A stretch of 64,000 bases of DNA from Octopus vulgaris. Taxonomy: Eukaryota. The position numbers were made by a program, and so were the translations under genes. Under the pieces are notes generated by a model, which saw only the letters and a program-made list of their open reading frames with translations, ran no database searches and was not told the DNA's origin. Position 1 is the first letter of the stretch. Every line of letters starts with the position of its first letter. Below are positions 49,795 to 62,378 of this stretch, in pieces. Location: the NCBI GenBank assembly GCA_951406725.2, contig OX597815.1, positions 126,976,001 to 127,040,000 on the forward strand, written 5' to 3'.

Positions 49795-52602
49795 CCAAGC
49801 TTCTAAAACTTAATATTTGAAGATAGTATGATTTTAGCTATGTGTTCTTCTTTAGATAGTGAAGATGTAGCGTTTGTATTTTCTTTCTTGGTGTAAAATA
49901 TCTGTGTTCTCTGGTAGTTTTAAGGGAGCCTAAGATAGTAACCTCTAATTGCATGCTTATGCTTCTTCAGGCAACCACAACAAAGATGTATCTCATAATG
50001 CTGCGCTATGATTCTCTGTCTTCCATTAGTTTTGGGAGATTTCTAATTTCATGGAGTGGGTCTCTGCCTATAACATCAATGTGATTGAGTGATCATCATT
50101 CTCTGTTAGAGTGCTGAAGTCTTCAGAATATGATATCCGATACAACCTGTTTTCAGCACAATTGTAAAGGCCAAAAAAGCTTATCCTGTGTTGAGTAACA
50201 ATAGTAAAGATGGACAGAGAATGTCCATAAATCCAATCTTTGATCTTATGATCAGACCCACAAGACGTTTTGAGCCCTCATGAGAAGTTTGGTTATGTAC
50301 CATCAAAGCAACCTTTAAGTTGCTTCACCCTTATCCAGTTTCCAGCTCAATAGAGAAAAATACTTTCAACACAAACCCTGAAGAAGGTAATCCTCATTAA
50401 TTTTTAAATACTCATTTGCCAAATGTTCTGAAGCATGTTACAGGTATTTCATACTAATCCTTTGTGTCTAAGGAAGATTTTTTTGTTATCAGCAGCATAG
50501 GACTCAAGTTCCTTCAAGTCACTGACCTTCAGTTGTAGACTAATGTTGGGACAAACTAGTTGGTGGCTTTCATCTTCATTGATGGTCATACAGTCAGTAT
50601 TCTTTGCACTGATAAACAGACTCACTTTGATTGTAGCATTCAGGAAGGATGTTAACAAGTCTTGCCCATCACACAATCAGTAAGCATAGTCAAAATTAAA
50701 GAAATACATGCTCTATTGATATCTTAATGGGTCACTTTGTATCTCATTAAGGACCATGAAACATTTTAATTTCATCAATATATGAAAGGTGCCAGCACCA
50801 CATAAAAGCACCCAGCACACTCTGTGAAGTAGTTGGCATTAGGAAGGGCTTATAGCTGTAGAAAAAAATGCCAGAACAGATGACTGTCAAACTGTCAAAC
50901 TGCTTAATTCATGCCAGCATGGAAAATAGATGTTAAACGATGATGATGATGTGGTGAGATGGCAGAACACTTAACATGCTGGACAAAATACTTAGCAGTA
51001 TTTTTTGTGGCTTTATAATTCTGAGTTCAAATTCTGTCAAGGTTGACTTTGCCTTTCATTCTTTCAAGGTCAAGAAAATGAGAACCAGCTGAGTACTGGG
51101 ATCAATGTAATCAACTTGATCCCTCCCCTAAAATTATAGGCCTTATATCTATAGTAGAAAGAAATTTCATAAATGTATCTCCTTGATGAATTCCAGTTCA
51201 AAGCATGCATAACTTACAGAGGCTGATCATATATTTCCTCATGGCACTTATTTATAACCAGCTGTAGGGATGATGGTGTATTTGAGCAGGGGGAAATAGC
51301 ACTGAGAGTTAAGTGATTTTAAGTTGGACATAGTGTAGAAGCAAGAGTAAAACTTGTCCAGTTCTTGTCCAGCTGCTGCCTCATATTTTTCAAGATGGCA
51401 GATAGAATTCAAATGGCAAACAATTTCTTTGTAGAACAATGACTTGCCATAAAAATGACTTGCTAAAGCATTTTGACATAACTGAATTGTTAATGAAGAT
51501 TAATAAGAATGGTGGTAATGATGACGACGACGACAACGACAATGATGATGATGATAATTATGATGTTGGAGGTGGCAGCAATGATGATAATGAGAGTAAT
51601 GATGATGATGATAACAACAACAACAACAACAACGACAATTAAGATGATGATAGTAATGGTGGTGATGATGGTGACAACAACTCAATAATAATAACAGCAA
51701 TGATGATGACTATGACAACAATGACGACAATAAAAATGATGACAACAAAAAAAGACAACAAGCTGGAGGAGATGTTTAACAGCAAGTAGTAGCAATGAAT
51801 TACAATAGAAGCAAAGCAACCACTAGAAATATAGATCAGTAGCAACATCTGCTAAGATTATCTTATTTATAGAGGGCATAGTGAAGACTGCAAATGAAAA
51901 TCATGGGTAAACAAAACTATTTCATAATATAGATAACACAGCATCTATTTTTGTTATATCTAATTTGAAACTGATAGAAATTCATGCTGTTTGTGCTTGA
52001 CCATTCTTGCAAGCGAATACAAAAGATATTTTCAATAATATGCATACATGCATAAACATTTACACACATACACAAACACATGCAAACACATACATAGACA
52101 TTTATATCTATGGTATATTATAGATATCATATTTATAAATATCTATACGGCATGTAAATTCATTGCGAGAGTGCCTGCTTTGACTAGGGTAAAACCAGTG
52201 AACTACCCTACCCATTCCAGCATGTGTTCACACAAATATCAAAACAAGTCTACCATCACCACACACTCCTCCCTCTCTTTTATCATTACTGTTCCTTTTT
52301 CTTTCTCTCTCACCTTCTATTCTTCCCAGCCAAATACACACAGAACTGCCCACATACTCCAAAGGACTTCTTTATTGGTGTAAATTAATAAACATCTTTT
52401 AGTTATACATTTGTTGCCTCCAACTTTAATACAATATTGCCTGATGAAATGAACACATGAACTATGATCCATCTGATGTCCATGGATACTATGGATTGTA
52501 CCGTAATCATCCCAGGAATACAGACTATGATTGTAAGAAATATGTGAACTGTGGAAACACTTGTAGCAGTGCATAGAAATATTTATAAGTTTCATCCATG
52601 GA

Positions 52603-53132
52603 TTATTATGATTATTGAGTGAGAGAGCAGTGCATGCCATCAAAGTGACACTGGGGTAAAATATACAAAGCCCAGTATACCCATCATGACTACCAGTCTG
52701 ATAAGAGTACACCAGGCACATGCACCACAACCATATGTGCGCAACATGGTGATCTCATATCAAGATAAACAGCACATGACCTTGCAGGTGGGGCCCAGTT
52801 AGAATTTTCTTCAGGTCAAGTAACCCATCCTGCTCAAAAGGTCCCATGTTTCCAAGGGTGAATTATCCAAACCCCAAAGAATCCCTCCCAACACATGGCT
52901 ATGATGCTCCCCCACTACTTCTGCTCATGATCAGAGATGCACATATCGTCAGCCACTAAGGGACATGCTCAACTGATTAAGGTCAAGCAACTGACAAGCT
53001 AATCTGTGGTATTGAGCAGAATATTTGCTGTAGCCCATCTTTTATACCAAGACAAAATAATGTACATGATAACATTTCCAATCTCTTAAGATCAGAAGCC
53101 ATGAGAGTCACTGCCTGGTACTGCATCAGGGC

Positions 53133-53135
<3 letters not shown>
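52603..53135 (-). mobile_element. Non-coding element bounded by (TAA)n at both ends; probable Dong/R4-mobilised non-autonomous element
   Basis: The minus strand starts after (TAA)n with AAATGCCCTGATGCAG and ends CTCTCTCACTC-aataatcataataat. GC-richer than its flanks, with no credible ORF. Confidence 0.55.
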
Positions 53136-53190
<55 letters not shown>

Positions 53191-53191
<1 letters not shown>

Positions 53192-54317
53192 TATGTTTGT
53201 ACAAGTTGGCTCCAAGTCTCACCCAGAGACCTCAAGAGACAACAGGTTGGAAGTTCACGTTGTTGTTATGCCTAGTGTGGCATATATTTGGGGGGTTTTT
53301 TTCTCTTTTCTTCTTTTTTTTGGTGTTGTACTAGTGAATGTCTAATAAATAAATTTTAAAAAAAAATTTTTTTTTAAAGTTTGTTTTAAACCTTGGAATT
53401 ACATAGAGAGTATTTTGCGTAGGATATGAGCAGTTCCCATGAGCACTATCTTCTGAATTTCTGCCATTTTGGGGTTTCCTGGTATCTGAGTTAGGTAGCA
53501 ATCAGTCCCTTTCGCTATCATTCCCAGGGCACCTATGACAACAGGTATTGTTTTAGTCTTCAGCTTCCACATTTTGCTGATTTCTATTTCAAGATCTTTA
53601 TATTTGCTCAGTTTTTGGTAGGTCTTGACAGATACGTTTATATTGATTGGGACAGTCATATCAATGAGGAGGCATGTTCTTTGTCTGAAGTCTTTCAATA
53701 TGATGTGTGGCCTATTTGCATCTATCTTTCTGTCAGTTTGAATGGTGAAGTTCCAGAGGAGTAAGATGTGGTCATTTTCAAGTACTGGAGGTGGCTTGTG
53801 TTCCCACCAGTTTTTTTCATGGGGCAAATCCAGGGTTTTGCAAATTACCCAGTGAATATATTGTGCAGCTCTATCATGCCTGTTGAGATACTCTGTAGGC
53901 GCTAGAAGACTGCATTTGGAGACAACATGATCAATGGTTTCATTTTGTTGTCGACATACACGACATGTTGGGCTACTGCTATTCTTTAATATGTTGGCCT
54001 GGTAGTTTCTTGTTGGTAGGCATTGATCTTGAGCTGCTATGATAAACCCTTCTGTTTCAGATTTTAAGCCAGAGGCCATTAGCCATTGATGGGTCAGGGC
54101 TTTGTCAATATCTGCATTATTCGCTCTCTTTGGGTATTTGCCATAGAGAGGTTTTTCTTGCCATTTATTATTCAGAATATCTAAGGCCGCAGTTTTGGCA
54201 CGGGTTTTCATGCGCTTAGCTTTTTCTGTTCTTGTTTCTTGTATGTCTATCTCTAATTCCGAAATTTGTTGTATTCGGAATTCACTTAGATATTCTTTTG
54301 CCTGTTTTGTTACTGAG

Positions 54318-54320
<3 letters not shown>
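53191..54320 (-). mobile_element. 5'-truncated R4/Dong-clade RLE retrotransposon, copy 1
   Basis: About 307 uninterrupted codons: CCHC finger CRVC..ETIDHVVSKC, YLNRHD, RP(H)IILKD..LIDMTVP..K..KY (PD..D/ExK nuclease), VIGALG. Has a 3' UTR and (TAA)n flanks. Confidence 0.93.
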
Positions 54321-54397
<77 letters not shown>

Positions 54398-54398
54398 T

Positions 54399-55068
54399 AT
54401 GTTTGACTTTTGCTTTACATTAGTACAAGTTGGCTCCAAGTCTCACCCAGAGACCTCAAGAGACAACAAGTTGGAAGTTCATATTGGTGTTATGCTTAGG
54501 GTGCCATGTATTTTGTTTTGTACATAGTGTTGTTCTAGAGAATGTTTAAGAAATCATAAAAAAATTATATTTGTTTTAAAACTTGAGATTACATAGAAAG
54601 TATTTTGCGTAGGATATGAGCAGTTCCCATGAGCACTATCTTTTGAATTTCTGCCATTTTGGGGTTTCCTGGTATCTGAGCTAGGTAGCAATCAGCCCCT
54701 TTTGCTATCATTCCCAGAGCACCTTGACAACAGGTATTGTTTTAGTCTTCAGGTTCCACATTTTGCTAATTTCTATTTCAAGATCTTTATATATGCTATG
54801 TTTTTGGTAGGTCTTGACAGATACGTTTATATTGATTGGGACAGTCATATCAATGAGGAGGCATGATTTTTGTCTGAAGCCTTTCAATATGATGTCTGGC
54901 CTATTCACATCTATCTTTCTGTCAGTTTTAATGGTGAAGTTCCAGAGGAGTGAGATGTGATTATTTTCAAGCACTGGAGGTGGTTTGTGTTCCCACCAGT
55001 TTTTATCATGGGGCAAGTCCAGGCTTTTGCAAATTACCCAGTGAATATATTGTACAGCTCTATCATGC
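54399..55068 (-). mobile_element. 5'-truncated R4/Dong-clade RLE retrotransposon, copy 2
   Basis: Highly similar to 53191-53880. Starts at RHD, keeps RPDIIL, and has a frameshift near IPVV. Confidence 0.92.
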
Positions 55069-55929
55069 CTATTATTGTTGTTGTTGTTGTTGTTGTTGTT
55101 GTTACTGTACTTATCTTACATTATACTGGCACAGCTTGGTACAAACCCATAAAACTGCTCTTGCAAGTCAGTATCATTAGGCTGTAGCCAACATAATAAA
55201 ATCAGATCTCCTATATGCTTACTCAAACATGTTTTGTGTAAACAAATCTAAAGGATATATATATGCATATGTATGCATGCATGTATCTGCATGTGTGTAT
55301 GTATGTATGTATGTATGTATGTATGTATGTATGTATGTATGTATGTATGTATGTATGTATGTATGTATGTATGTATGTATGTATGCATGAGTGTGTGTGT
55401 GTGTGTATGAGTGTACACCCACACAGACACAGTGTGGCTGTGTGGTAATGAGTTTACTTTATGAAATCCTGTTTTGAGGTTTAATCTGACTGCTTGTAAC
55501 CTTGGACAAGTGTCTTCTACTATAGCCCTGATTCAACCAAAATCTTTAAGTAATTTGATAGGCAAAAACCGTTAGAAGTCTGTCATGTATGTATACACAC
55601 AGACACAAGCACATGCATATATCTTTTCTTTTACTTGTTTCAGTCATTTGACTGCGACCATGCTGGAGCACTGCATTTAGCCAAACAAATCGACCCCAGG
55701 ACTTATTCTTTGTAAGCCTAGTACTTATTCTATTGGTCTCTTTTGCTGAATTGCTAAGTTACGGGAACATAAAAACACCAACATCGGTTGTCAAGCGATG
55801 ATGGGGGGGGGGAACAAACACAGACACACACACAAATATATACATATTCCCTCCACCAAAACCACTCACAAGGGTTTGGTTGGCTCGAGGCTATAATAGA
55901 AGTTTTTTTTAACAATTTTTATCACAAAA

Positions 55930-56310
55930 ATCACCTCATTCTCTTCATTTAGCAACCTTTCATAGTTCATCTCCAAGTCTCTCTCTTTGCAGCCTCACTA
56001 AATGCAGTCATCCATGAGAACACATTTCTTTCCTATGATATCATGATTCTCTCTCACACACTGTCTTGCAACATGAAACACTTCAAGTCTTTGGACCCCA
56101 TGATGCAGAACATGGGCAAATATTTCCTTATCTGCTTCCCCTCCTGCTAAGTAAACCTGTCTCCTAGCTTCCTTTCTAGCAATCGAATACAATTCCCTGC
56201 TCTCACTCTTCTTCCAGTCCTTCCATGCCTGTTTCTTTTCTCTAATGGCCCTGTCAACTACATTGTTCTAACGCCATGTTACCTTGGATCAAGAGGGGAT
56301 TTTGCATCAA
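55930..56310 (-). mobile_element. RTE LINE internal fragment
   Basis: NNVVDRAIREKKQAWKDWK...LYSIARKEARRQVYLA... Confidence 0.7.
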
Positions 56311-56314
56311 GCCA

Positions 56315-56660
56315 GCTTCCCAACAACATGGTTCTGGATTCAGTCCCACTACACAGTACCTTGAACAAGCATCTTCTACTATAGCCTCAGGCCAGCCAAA
56401 TCCTTGTGAGTGGATTTGGTAGATGGAAAATGAAGGAGGCCCTTCATGTATACTTGTGTGTGTGTGTGTGTGTCTGTATTTGTCCCTGGTGATGGTGTGT
56501 TTACGTCCCTGTAACTTAGCAGTTCAGCAAGAGACCGATAGAGTAAATACTAGGCTTGAAAAACAAAGTCCTGGGATCCATTTGTTTGACCAAAATCCTT
56601 CAAGGCAGTGCTCCAGCATGGCTGGAGTCAAATGACTGAAAAAAATAAAAGAATAAAGAA
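56315..56660 (+). mobile_element. tRNA-derived SINE (family B)
   Basis: ggattcagtcccact...gccttgtgagtggatttggtagatggaaa, internal (TG)n, tail ctccagcatggct..gactgaaa. Confidence 0.8.
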
Positions 56661-56717
56661 TATATATATATATATATATTAAATCTCTGAGTGAGATATA
56701 AACAGTAGCAGTATGGA

Positions 56718-57158
56718 ACTGTAACATATATTTGTCAACTAAGTGTGGTGTCCTATATAGGACAGCGCTACTGAAGTTTATAGCCCCAGGAAGACATCTC
56801 CCAGCTAGTTAACAAAACACATTCTGTGTCCAATTAGTATCTGCAAGGAGAGGTCACTGCTCCCATCTCTAGCCTTACATGAGACGCTAGAAAAATATAT
56901 AATAATTTGCAAGTGGAATGAGTTTCCATCACTAGCTGGTGATTAGCACATGCTGAGGATGGGTAACTACCCAGAAACTCAAGTCGATGTGTATCATGTA
57001 AAGCTGGAGATGAGAGCGATGACCTCCCCTCGCAAATACTAATCAGACAAAATGTGTTTCATTAGCAAGCTGGAGGAGATGTCTTCCTGGGGCTATAAAC
57101 ATCAGTAGCACTGTCCTGTATAGGACACCACACTTAGTTGACAAATATATGTTACAGT
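56718..57158. repeat. Fold-back with ~165 bp arms (56718-56882 / 56994-57158)
   Basis: actgtaacatatatttgtcaactaagtgtggtgtcctatataggacag...tagccccaggaagacatctcc pairs with ggagatgtcttcctggggctataaac...ggacaccacacttagttgacaaatatatgttacagt. Confidence 0.93.
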
Positions 57159-57161
57159 ATA

Positions 57162-57570
57162 CTCTTTTTTTTACTCTTTTACTTGTTTCAGTTATTTGAC
57201 TGCGGCCATGCTGGACACCGCCTTTAATCGAGCAACTCGACCCCGGGACTTATTCTTTTGTAAGCCCAGTACTTATTCTATCGATCTCTTTTGCCGAACC
57301 GCTAAGTAACGGGGACATGAACACACCAGCATCGGTTGTCAAGCAATGCTAGGGGGACAAACACAGACACACAAACATGCACACACACACACATATATAC
57401 ATACATACGACGGGCTTCTTTCAGTTTCCGTCTACCAAATCCACTCACAAGGCATTGGTCGGCCCGAGGCTACAGCAGAAGACACTTGCCCAAGGTGTCA
57501 CGCAGTGGGACTGAACCCGGAATCATGTGGTTGGTAAACAAGCTACTTACCACACAGCCACTCCTGCGCC
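57162..57570 (-). mobile_element. Young full-length tRNA-derived SINE (family B)
   Basis: Minus strand ggcgcaggagtggctgtgtggtaag (box A), ccgggttcagtcc (box B), many intact CpGs, A-rich tail. Other copies at ~23625, ~29240, ~30700, ~55430, ~55625 and ~61875. Confidence 0.9.
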
Positions 57571-57758
57571 TATATATAGTATATATATATAAATTCAAAA
57601 TGAGGGTGAGAAATTTGATATTAATTTAATTAACATCAATTTCACACCAGTGGTCTAGCATATAAAAAAACTGAAGGTTCAGTAAAATTGTATTATATAC
57701 ATATGAGAGGGATAACCACTATGTGAACACCCTTATGCTAGAAGTAGATCCACTATGG

Positions 57759-57916
57759 TCTTACCACTAAGAAATATTCCCAAGAAAAATTTAGCAAACA
57801 ACCAAAACGTAATTGAGCAAGACAAAAGAAAAGCAATAAAAATTTTCTTTTGTCTTGCTCGATTACGTTTTGGTTGTTTGCTAAATTTTTCTTGAGAACA
57901 TTTCTTAGTGGTAAGA
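57759..57916. repeat. Hairpin (57759-57832 / 57843-57916) with a unique tail 57590-57758 reaching (TA)n
   Basis: tcttaccactaagaaat...gagcaagacaaaagaaaa pairs with ttttcttttgtcttgctc...atttcttagtggtaaga. Loop is 10 nt. Confidence 0.93.
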
Positions 57917-58677
57917 AAGACATCCAGTCAGAGAAAAATATGCCTCAACAAATTCCATCCAAACCATATGAATACCTATTGTCTCCACTAATCACCTCCT
58001 TTCTGTGCCTTCTCTCCCCTGTGTTGTTTTCCACCATTAACACCTCACTTATCTGCTATCACCTTCAATGTCTCACATATTTACCCCAACTTCCATCCCT
58101 GAGTCTCTCCTATATTTCTCTCCATCATTTGCTATGGTTACCTCAATCCTTCCTCCACTCACCTAGCCTAAAACCTCTGTATAACCTCACTTATTCCCCA
58201 ATCCAAGTCTTTCGAGTGCTTGTCCCTGCACATCTTTATCACCATCTCTCTCACTATCAGCATCTTGATCTTACGCTCTAACTCACACACTTTTCTTTTC
58301 CAACTGGGTATCCATGTATCTACTACACAGCAAGACATCCATCTCTATCCCTCTATACCTTTGATAGTATAAAGCAACCTTCACTTTCCAATACCACTCC
58401 TCTTGCTAAGCGACTCTGCTAGTGATGGTGAAACTTAAAAAGCACTGGTGCTGGATCCTCATAAAAAGCACCTAGCACACACTATAAAGTGGTTGACATT
58501 AGGAAGGGCATCAAGCTGTAGAAACCAAGCCAAAACAGACAATGAAGACTGGTACAGCTCTTGGCCATGCCAACTCCTGTCAAACCATCCAATCCATGCC
58601 AGAATGGAAAACAGATATTAAAAGATGATGATCATCATCATAATGATGATGATGATTCCCACACAGACACACACATA

Positions 58678-59010
58678 CGGGGTGTCCCAAAAGTCACTGA
58701 TAGGTTTCTATTTTTAGTAACTTCTTTAACTTTACAAATAAATGCATGAAATGTTGATACAATATAAAGGACATAATTGAAATTAATATGCACAAGTCAA
58801 ATTTTGTAGTACCACCACATCACATATGAAAAATCACATCGCTTAAATGGCACCCATGCTCATTCCAAAACTTTCACCTTCAAGAGTTTCGAACTTCACT
58901 TCTCTGATTTCTCTATTGATATTCTCCTTCAGTTGCACCAGGACCTCTGGTTTGTTGACATAAACCCTCTCTTTTAGGTATTCCCACAAGAAAAAGTCTG
59001 GACATGACAA
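58678..59010 (-). mobile_element. Tc1/mariner-superfamily 3' remnant with one TIR
   Basis: TA-cggggtgtcccaaaagtcac terminus. The minus strand reads LSCPDFFLWEYLKERVYVNKPEVLVQLKENINREI. Confidence 0.8.
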
Positions 59011-59579
59011 AATATTGAGTCAATATTTATAGCTTAATGAAGGTAGCAAGCTGGCAGAATTGTTAATGCTCTACAAAAAATGCTTAGCAGCATTTCACCT
59101 ATCTTTACATTCAGAGTTCAAATTCTGCCAAGGTCGACTTTACCTTTCATCTTTTCAGAGTCGATAAAATAAGTACCAGTTGAATACTGAGGTCAATGTA
59201 ATCAACTCTCCCGACATGACTGGCCTTGCGCCAGAATTTGACATCACTATTTATAGCTTCATTTGTATTTGAGCAACATCTTAAAAAAACTTATTTTCAA
59301 ATTTCTCAACATTTCAAATGAAGCAACACATATTTACACACATGCATATGCATACATTATATATATGCATACATATACATGTGTGTGTGTGTGTAAGCAT
59401 GTATATGTATGTAATATTGTATAGGAACTGTGCATATGTGCATGTGTGTGCGTGCACGTAAGTATATATTATATATACTTATATATTGTGTGTTTATGTG
59501 TGTGTGTGTATATGTGTGTATGTGTGTGTATGCATTCATGGAAATGTTACCATAATGTGGAATTGCATAATGAGAAATA

Positions 59580-60368
59580 CAAGGTCTGATCAATAAGTAT
59601 CCGGACTGTTGCCATAGTAACAATCTTAAAGCACGCAGTGAAGCCGCTTGGCACAGATTGATCTTAAACTCTGCTGTGCATGAGTACTACACTTCAACAT
59701 TCAAGCTTACTTCTACTGTTTACAGCAGTGCTTGGAAGGAAGGTATATGAGCTGCACATAAGTGTGTGAGTGGTTCAGATGTTTCCAAGATGGCCGAAAA
59801 ATGTTGATACTGAGAAACATTCTGGGAGACCCACAACCAACAGAACTGAGAAAAACATCGCAGATGTGCATGCAGCTCTGAGGGGAAATCATTGAATCAC
59901 TATTCATAAGTTATGAGAGGATGTGTAGATTAGTTACCTTTCAGTTCAGTCCATTATCACTGAAGATTTGGATATTAGATGCATGCTTGCAAAGTTTGTA
60001 CCAAAACTGCTTTCAGCTGACCAAAGGACACTTGAATTTCAGTTGCACAAGATCTCTTTGATCGCATCAAGATTGATGAAAATGTTTTAAAAACTTTGCA
60101 TAGGCCTCTGAACAGTTATCACCAAGCTTCTGGCAAAATTTAATGCAAATTCTCTGCTCAACTTTCTCTGTCAAGGTCAATGTGATGATCACACACTACA
60201 CACCTTCCTTCCAAGCAATGCAGTAAATAGTGGAAGTCAGATAGGATGTTAAAATTTAGTGCGCATGCACATCAGAGTTCAAGGTCAATCTGTGCTGAGC
60301 GACTTTACTCTGTATTCTTTAGCTTCATTACTATGGCAACAGTCCGGATACTTATTGATCAGACCATG
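59580..60368 (+). mobile_element. Non-autonomous mariner derivative with ~170 bp TIRs and TA TSD
   Basis: TA-caaggtctgatcaataagtatccggactgttgccatagtaa ... ttactatggcaacagtccggatacttattgatcagaccatg-TA. Internal EWFRCFQDGR...SGRP...AKFVPKLLS (mariner HTH and linker). Confidence 0.92.
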
Positions 60369-61050
60369 TACATTTGTCCATTAGCCTCCATATTACACAG
60401 AAATCAATGGTTTAAAAGGTTTCACATTATAAAAATCCACATTACACCATTGCTTTCTTTTTTCAGAAAACTATGTTTCCATAACACTGAGGGATGTCCG
60501 TACATTGTTCTATCAGATAGATTGCTTTAACCTACTGCTTATCAAATAAAACTATTCATTGTAGATAACAAGCTGGTAGACAAAGCTCTTATAATGGTAA
60601 ATGTATCTTCTTTTAATTCTCTCTTTTTATGTTGACTAATACATTTGTATTCCATTTTTATAGTTGATTCAATGAATCTTTCATGGGGGTTGCTAGAAAT
60701 AGTAATTAAACCATGCTACTTCTTTTAAAAATTTAAAGGTATGCTGGTTAATGTAGGCCTGGTTACACTATTTCTAAAAAAATCAGTTATGGTTAAAATG
60801 TCCTTGAACATGTAGGTCTCTTCAGTCAAGGCTAAACAAAATCAGTAACAAACAACAGCAACAATAACAATAGCAACAACAGCATTATGAATGACTTCCA
60901 CAATAATTCACCTTCTCGTCTAATCTGATACAGCTATTATGTTTCTGTTTCCTTGGCTTTCAAAAATGAATTCAACTTTACATGTTAAAAAATAACATCT
61001 GCTTTCTGATTTGTCAATGTTAAAATATTGACAAAAGTGATATGTGTTAT

Positions 61051-61089
<39 letters not shown>

Positions 61090-62111
61090 ATGTGTGTGCA
61101 TGCATGCATGCAAGTGCATGTGCATGCATGCACGCAATCTTATCTGCAACATCTAGGGAATTTTTTTCTCTTTTTTGACTGATTCTTGGTGATATTTTCA
61201 AAAAATGCCTGGCTTCCTGTTGCTATTTCTGAGAATTTTATCCAATGACTTCTTCCTTTATTAATTTTCTGTATATATATATATATATTGTTATTGTTAT
61301 AAGTTTTATTGATGTTATATTATCATGTGGAATTTAATCAAGGCCCCGTTTTTATATTTCTTTTTCTTAATGATTTCATTACAATTTGTTAATATGTGCT
61401 TCAGTTTACAATCCCCATCTGCTAAGTAGTCATTTACCTACATCGGAATATTCCCACATTTTTCAGTTATATTGGTAGAGATTCAACTTCATAAACAAAA
61501 TTATTGATAATTTTGTAACCACTAATAATATCATAATAATTAATAGCATTATCTTTAACAAAATTATCAATTATCATAAAACCATTAATGATTTCTACGT
61601 GCAGAGCCTCACAAGATAGGAAAAGTGCTAAAAAACTGAGAATATATATTGGTTAGTAGACATGTCCAACCCATGCAAGCACGCAAACAGATGGCTGCTA
61701 GAATGCTGATGATAATGAGGATATTATAATGATAATGATGAAGAGGAACAGGTGGAAAAAGAAGGAAGAGAATGATGAAAGTCCTGGCTGATAAAAATGA
61801 TGACTTCCTTTAATAAGGATGATAGTAACGATTACAATAAAAAAATAAAAAAATATATATATATATATATATCTTTTATCCTTTATCTTTTATGTGTTTC
61901 AGTCATTAGACTGTGGCCATGCTAAGGCACAGCCTTGAAGAACCTTGAGTTAAATGAACTAACCTTTTAGTCAAAAGAACTGTTCTTTCTTTTCTTAAAG
62001 CCTGGTACTTATTGTATCAGCCACTTTCGCCGAAACCTCTAAGCTATGAAGACGTAAACACACCAACACTGCTTGTCAAGCAGTGGAGTGGAAACAAATT
62101 CAGACACAAAG

Positions 62112-62149
<38 letters not shown>

Positions 62150-62335
62150 GACAGGCTTCTTTCAGTTTCCATCTACAAAATCCACTTACAAGGCTTTGGT
62201 CAACCTGAGGCTATAGTAGAAGACACTTGCTCAAGGTGTCACACAGTGAGACTGAACCTGAAACCAAGTGGCTGGGAAGCAAACATCTTACAACACTGCT
62301 GCTATGCCTGTATATATATATATATATATATATAG

Positions 62336-62378
<43 letters not shown>

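Noticed and set aside
50378-50400. CTGAAGA-agg-taat-cct
   Set aside because: Lacks GAAA and a cleavage triplet.
49900-50760. Coding-like minus-strand stretch (ORF 50449-50676)
   Set aside because: Probably an ancient transposon remnant, but I recognise no motif and it has many stops.
57480-57570. tRNA-like box A/box B sequence
   Set aside because: It is a SINE head continuing into a repeat body, with no full cloverleaf.
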